NCBI GenBank assembly: GCA_965247115.1
Contig: CBDFGR010000003.1
Location: 1,184,001-1,248,000, forward strand
Source: Myxococcota bacterium
Lineage (GTDB): Bacteria; Myxococcota_A; UBA9160; SZUA-336
Reading direction: 5' to 3'
DNA length: 64,000 nt
Shown here: positions 59,164 through 64,000 of the stretch, in pieces
Layout of the letters: each line of letters begins with the position of its first letter
How positions within the stretch are numbered: the stretch's first letter is position 1
The notes under the pieces: model-generated
Database searches by the model: none
What the model was told of the DNA's origin: nothing
The model's input: the letters and a program-made list of their open reading frames with translations, nothing else
Position numbers and translations under genes: made by a program

Positions 59164-59862
59164 GTGACGAAATCAAACAGGCAGCTCTCCCTTGATCTAC
59201 GGCCGCCCGCGCGGCGTGGTGGTCGGCGCGAGGGGGCTGGGCGCAAGCCTGGGCCGAATCCGCTGGTTCGGCACCGACGTCGGCAGAGTCTCGCCTCGAG
59301 GCATCCGTGCCACGTGACCCTACGGGTCAGGGAAGGTGCTCCGTCGTTGCGAGCTCCGGCCTTCGTGCAGGCGTTCGAGGAGACGCTGGCACGGGGTTGT
59401 GACCGTGGAGAGTTTCGCCTCGTTCACTACGCGCTCTTGAGGGATCACGCACACTTCATCGTCGAGGCGAAGGATGGTGGTGCGCTCGGTCGGGGGATGA
59501 AGTCTCTCGGCAGGAGGATGGTCTGGGCGATGCGGCGTGCGTTTGGGTGGCGTGGGGGGCTGCTGGCGGATCGCTACCACATGCGGGTGTTGAAGACGCC
59601 GCGCGAGGTCCGGAATACGATCCGGTACGTGCTGCTCAACGCGGCACGGCATCGGCGGAGAGCGGTCCGGGAGCTGGATCCCGCCTCGTCGGGACGCTGG
59701 TTCGATGGCTGGAGAAGAGGCTCTGCTGCACACAACGAGCGTCGCACGGGGCCTCGATCCGTAGCCCCCGCACACACGTGGCTGTTGACGATGGGGTGGC
59801 GGCGGTACGGGTTGCTCGATCCCCTGGATGTACCGGGAGCAGCTCGCGCTTCGCCTGCCTAG
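59164..59862 (+). CDS. RAYT/Y1 HUH tyrosine transposase-like protein
   Basis: GGRREGAGRKP, HVTLR, DHAHFIVEA (HUH), DRYH, RYVLLN. Confidence 0.85.
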   Translation: MTKSNRQLSLDLRPPARRGGRREGAGRKPGPNPLVRHRRRQSLASRHPCHVTLRVREGAPSLRAPAFVQAFEETLARGCDRGEFRLVHYALLRDHAHFIVEAKDGGALGRGMKSLGRRMVWAMRRAFGWRGGLLADRYHMRVLKTPREVRNTIRYVLLNAARHRRRAVRELDPASSGRWFDGWRRGSAAHNERRTGPRSVAPAHTWLLTMGWRRYGLLDPLDVPGAARASPA

Positions 59863-60040
59863 TGGGCGGGTACGCTCGTGGTACAGCTCTGTGAGCTCCA
59901 TCCCGAGCGCGCCGTTTGGGTATGAAGAGACGGTCCTAGCCGTCTCGTACCGGAGCAGATGCCGAACAGCATCCCAACGACGCCGAACCAGATCCAGATG
60001 ACGCGGTGAGAAAGGGGGTCCTCTCTGCCCGTCGGTCCGG

Positions 60041-61363
60041 TCAGGGGGCCGCTACGACGTCGTGCGCCTCCCGCGGGTCGGCTCGCCGGTCCGCGCCGAG
60101 GGCCTCGCTCGTTCGCTTGTCGACGCTTCGTAGCGCTGGGCTGCAGCCCGTGAAGAGCAGGGTGACAGCGATGACGGAGACGGCCGCCAGGGCGACCGCG
60201 ACGGGCGCGCCGAACTCCTCGGCCACGGCGCTCATCGGCAGTGTGCCGAGCGGGGTGACTCCGAACGACATCATCATGAAGCTCGAGATTCGCCCTCGGA
60301 TGCGGTCCGGGATGAGCAGCTGTACCGCGGTGTTGTTGAGAGTGTTGAAGATGCTGGCGGCGATGTTCGCGATCAGCACCAGGGGCAGTGCGAGCGAGAA
60401 GTAAGGGCTCAGCGCAAACAGCAGCAAGAAGAACGCGAACGCGAACGCGCTGGCAACCATCAGCGACAGCCGCCCCAGGGCGTCGCTGCGCTGGGCGAGG
60501 TAAGCGGAGCCGATCAGTCCTCCAATGCCGGCCACCGCGTGGAGCGTGCCGAGCCCCCGGGAGCCAACCATCCAGACCTCTTCGGTGAATACCACCAGCA
60601 GCGTCTGGAACGGCATGGCCAGAAACATCGGAACGATTCCGAAGAGCAGCAACATCAGCACTACACGGTTGTGCGCCATGTAGCGCACGCCCTCCACCAG
60701 GTCTCCCAACACCGACGCTTCTTGCAGCTGAGCTGGCGGCGGGGACCGCTCTACGCCCAACAGGCAGAGCATGGCCACAACGTAAAGCGCGCTGCCAAAC
60801 GCGAAGGCTCCGGCCAGCCCGACCAGCGGGATCAGGAAACCCGCCACGGCCGGACCCAGGATGCGTGTCGCGTTCATGCCGCCCATCTGCAGCGCAATGG
60901 CGTTCTGCAGGCCGCGCTTGCCGATGATGTTCACGACGATTGCGGAGCTGGCGGGCATGATGAAGGGGTAGGTGCACCCGATCAGGCTTGCCGCGGCCAC
61001 CAGGTGCCAGAACTGCAGCTCGCCCAGGACGAGCAGCGAGAGGACCGCGACCTCGCTGCTCACGAGGATCCCCTGGCCAATCAGAATGAGCCTGCGTCGT
61101 TCGACGCGATCGGCGACTACGCCTCCGAGGGGTGACACGACCATCATGGGAATCGCCACCGCAAAGTTGATGATGCCGAGAGCCAACGGACTCCTCGTCA
61201 GATCGAAGGCGATGATCGAACGTACGATCATCTGGGCTCCCATGGCGAAGAAGAAGCCGATGTTGCTGGCGAAGAGCCAGCGGAACTGCACGCTCTCCAA
61301 CGAGGAGAGCGCAGCCCGCCACCCCGTCCTCGCGGCGGGTCCTCGGAAGGACGGTTCCTTCAG
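60041..61363 (-). CDS. MFS transporter (start uncertain)
   Basis: About 12 TM helices; GGVVADRVERRRL motif A; RGRISS. Confidence 0.9.
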   Translation of the reverse strand: MKEPSFRGPAARTGWRAALSSLESVQFRWLFASNIGFFFAMGAQMIVRSIIAFDLTRSPLALGIINFAVAIPMMVVSPLGGVVADRVERRRLILIGQGILVSSEVAVLSLLVLGELQFWHLVAAASLIGCTYPFIMPASSAIVVNIIGKRGLQNAIALQMGGMNATRILGPAVAGFLIPLVGLAGAFAFGSALYVVAMLCLLGVERSPPPAQLQEASVLGDLVEGVRYMAHNRVVLMLLLFGIVPMFLAMPFQTLLVVFTEEVWMVGSRGLGTLHAVAGIGGLIGSAYLAQRSDALGRLSLMVASAFAFAFFLLLFALSPYFSLALPLVLIANIAASIFNTLNNTAVQLLIPDRIRGRISSFMMMSFGVTPLGTLPMSAVAEEFGAPVAVALAAVSVIAVTLLFTGCSPALRSVDKRTSEALGADRRADPREAHDVVAAP

Positions 61364-62238
61364 TCCCCGGTCTCCATCGGCAGGCTTTCGTCCCTGACCC
61401 ATTCGGACAGCGAGCCGTCGTAGACGGCGACGCCCGTATGCCCCAGCAGGGTGAGCGCGAAGGCATCGACCGTGGCCGAGATTCCCCCACCGCAATAGGT
61501 GATGATGCGCTCCTTGTCGAAGGCGCCTACACCATCGAACTCGCGACGTAGCTCCGACGCGGCCTTGAAGGTACGAGACTCGCGCTCCATGAGGTTCGCG
61601 TAGGGTACGTTCCCGCTGCCAGCAATGTGCCCCTTGCGCCCGTAGCTGAGCTCTGCCTCCCCGGTGTGGGTCTCGCGCGGCAGCGCGTTGAGCGTCGCCA
61701 CGGTGGGATCTCCGATCGCCCCGAGCACCTCATCCTGGCCCGCCCAGAGCTCGGGTCGCAGATTCGCCTTGAAGCTCTCGCTGGCGTATCCGCAGGGCCG
61801 CCGGCACACGATCCGCCCCTCGCCCGTCCACTTGTGCCAGCCGCCGTCCAGCAGGGCGACCCGGTCGAAGCCGGAGGCGCGCAGCATCCACCACATGCGT
61901 GTGGCCCACATGGCGTGACTCGTGCTGTAGAGCACCACGTGCGTGTCCATCCCAATCCCGGCGGCGGAGAGAACGCTCTCCAGCTGCTCGCGCGGCGGCA
62001 GCGTGAAGCTCAGGCTGCTGGAGGAGTCCGCCAGCTCGTCGGCCAGGTCGAGGAAGCCGGCGGTCGGTATGTGGCCCTTCTCGTAGTCGTCCCTCCCGCT
62101 CTCGATGCGATAGGTCCGAGGCGGATCGGGAAGCAAGTGCACGGTAGTGTCGAAGACGCGGAGCTCGGGAGCGCCCAGGTGATCGACCAGCCACTCCGTG
62201 TCGACCAGCTGGTCTGGATTCTCATAGCCGCGCGTCAT
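61360..62238 (-). CDS. Tandem-rhodanese sulfurtransferase (SseA-like)
   Basis: LVDTEWL, GHIP.A, LDGG..KW, YCGGG active-site loop, YDGSLSEW. Confidence 0.93.
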   Translation of the reverse strand: MTRGYENPDQLVDTEWLVDHLGAPELRVFDTTVHLLPDPPRTYRIESGRDDYEKGHIPTAGFLDLADELADSSSSLSFTLPPREQLESVLSAAGIGMDTHVVLYSTSHAMWATRMWWMLRASGFDRVALLDGGWHKWTGEGRIVCRRPCGYASESFKANLRPELWAGQDEVLGAIGDPTVATLNALPRETHTGEAELSYGRKGHIAGSGNVPYANLMERESRTFKAASELRREFDGVGAFDKERIITYCGGGISATVDAFALTLLGHTGVAVYDGSLSEWVRDESLPMETGD

Positions 62239-62553
62239 GTCTCCACTCCTCGGGTCTGCTCTGCGTGAACACGGAGAACTCATGATAGCGCGGACCGGGC
62301 ACGCTTCGTGCTTTCGCTCGACGGGAGACAGGAGGCACCGTCATGCGTACCCCCCAGCAGCGCGGAGCTGCCATCGCTCCCCGTCGACCATCCGCATCCG
62401 CCCGAGGCGCAACCCATCCTGGCCAGCTGCGCCAGAAATGGCGGACCGAGCGGGACAAGCCCGGCGCCTGGGAGCTTGCCCGGGTCTGGCTGTGCCTTTC
62501 CTCGGCTTGCGCGCTCTTCTGGATCCTGTTGATCGCCTGGATCGCGCGCCTGC

Positions 62554-62769
62554 TCAGCTAGCCTTCGCCCGCAGCGCCAGCGCCGGAAGCGACTCGAGCA
62601 GCTCGGGCGCGGACGGATCGAGCGCGTAGAACGACCAGATGCCGACCTTCGTCGCGGTGAGCAGCCCCGCCTCGCGCAGCGTCTTCAGGTGGTGCGAGAT
62701 GGTCGGCTGGGAGAGCTCGAAGTGACCGACGAGATCGCAGACACACGTGGGGCCGGCCTGGGCGCTTAG
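62554..62769 (-). pseudogene. ArsR/SmtB regulator 3' fragment interrupted by IS5
   Basis: CVCDL...LSQPTISHHLKTLREAGL; the N-terminus is replaced by the IS end at ~62770. Confidence 0.82.
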
Positions 62770-64000
62770 CAGGCTGCGGAGAAAGTGACTGGTTGAGGGG
62801 TGGTCCTTCCGACGAGGGGGTTCACCGGCCGAGGGGCGGGGCGCGATTCCCGGTTCGAACCGGTCTTGGGCTCCGCTGATCGCGGGGCGGTTTCGCACAT
62901 GACCTACGTGGCCTCCAGCAGCTTGCGGATCCGGATCAGGTTGTAGGCTGCGGCCGTGAAGGTGAAGACCCAGCCGACCCGATCCGTGCCGCGGTGTCGG
63001 GTCTTGCGCATCAGCCCCACGGTCTTCATCCAGCCGAAGACCTCTTCCACCCGTTTGCGAAAACGCTGACTCAGTTCGTAGCCCCGGTGGCGCGTCGTCC
63101 GCCCGTCGATCGCGCTGCGTCGATTCGTCGTGTTCTGCGCCACGTGTGGGGTCACGCCCAACTCTCGAAGCTCTTCCACGAACCCCTTCGTGTCGAAGCC
63201 CTTGTCTCCGCCCAATGTCCTCCGACGCCCGCCTCCCAGACCTTCCACCATCTCGAGCGCCGCTTCGCGCTCCGCATATCCCGACGCCTGCGTGAGCTTC
63301 GCCGCGACCACCAAGCCGTTCCGGTTCTCCGTCACCACGTGTCCCTGGTACGCGAGTCGGGCGCCTTGGCCTCTCATACCGGCGAGTCGTGCGTCGGGAT
63401 CCGTCGTCGACGCATGCGTCTGGTTGCTCCGCTTCTCGCCTCGGAAGTTCACCGTCGGGTTGCCCGGGTCATCGTCGTCTCTCCGTTCCTCGTCCTTCCG
63501 TACGAAGCTCTTCTGGCTCGCCCACGCCTCGATCAGCGTCCCGTCTACCGTGAAGTGCTCCAACGACACCCATCCCTCGGTCTCGGCCTGCTCCAGCACT
63601 GCGTCGAAGAAGTGCTCGGCAATCTCGCCCTTGAGCAGCCGGTCTCGGTTCTTCGTGAACACCGTGGCGCTGAACACCACCTCGTCAAGCTCCAGACCCA
63701 CGAACCAGCGATACAGCAGGTTGTACTCCAGCTGCTCCACCAGCTGCCGCTCGCTCCGGATGGTGTAGAGCACCTGCAGCAGCAGGGCGCGCAGCAGCTG
63801 CTCCGGGGGCACGGACGGGCGCCCTACGCCTCTGGCGTAGATCGCGTCGAAGCGCGGCGATAGCCGCTGCAGCGCCGTGTCGACCATGCGCCGCATCGCT
63901 CGAAGCGGATGATCATCCGGAATCCGCGACTCCAGCGACACGTAGCTGAACATCCCGCCCTGAAGCGTCCCCTGTCCTCTCACGCCTCCCCCTTTGGGGC
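62770..64000 (-). mobile_element. IS5-family insertion sequence, transposase 62904..63983
   Basis: IPDDHPLR, GRPSVPPE, TVDGTLIEAWAS, GDKGFD, RKRVEEVFGW; terminal CAGGCTGCGGAGAAAG next to TTAG. Confidence 0.93.

Noticed and set aside
62343..62561. 72-aa ORF with a C-terminal hydrophobic helix
   Set aside because: Plausible (GGAGG RBS) but no recognisable family and too little support to call.

Overview
High-GC bacterial DNA. The gene families suggest Myxococcota/Deltaproteobacteria, but that is inference only. There are three blocks. (1) 1-35.5 kb: a decayed temperate prophage integrated next to the 3' end of tRNA-Leu(TAG). Late genes remain on the left, minus strand: DNA MTase, M15 peptidase, phospholipase A2, lipoprotein, holin-like protein, split tail fibre and a truncated internal virion protein. 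Early genes remain on the right, plus strand: Ala-repeat protein, Sak4-like ATPase, DUF669 SSB, Cas4-like nuclease and integrase. Between them lies a ~23.5 kb redox/catabolic cargo of four paralogous cytochrome-c/PQQ dehydrogenases, two SpdH-like flavoproteins, a TonB receptor, SDR, LLM, PhyH and cupin genes, plus IS110, IS91 and integrase debris. (2) 35.6-48 kb: ordinary chromosomal genes (sigma54 two-component pair, thiolase/DUF35, MacB-type ABC exporter, SMP-30, MaoC, acyl-CoA dehydrogenase). (3) 48-58.4 kb: three tandem units, each with a sigma28-like promoter and a c-di-GMP-I (GEMM) riboswitch. Two units drive pilX-pilY1-small protein cassettes. The third drives a secreted aspartyl protease, and its riboswitch has G at the ligand-pairing C92 position. 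The window ends with an IS481 remnant, a RAYT-like transposase, MFS and sulfurtransferase genes, and an arsR-type gene interrupted by IS5.
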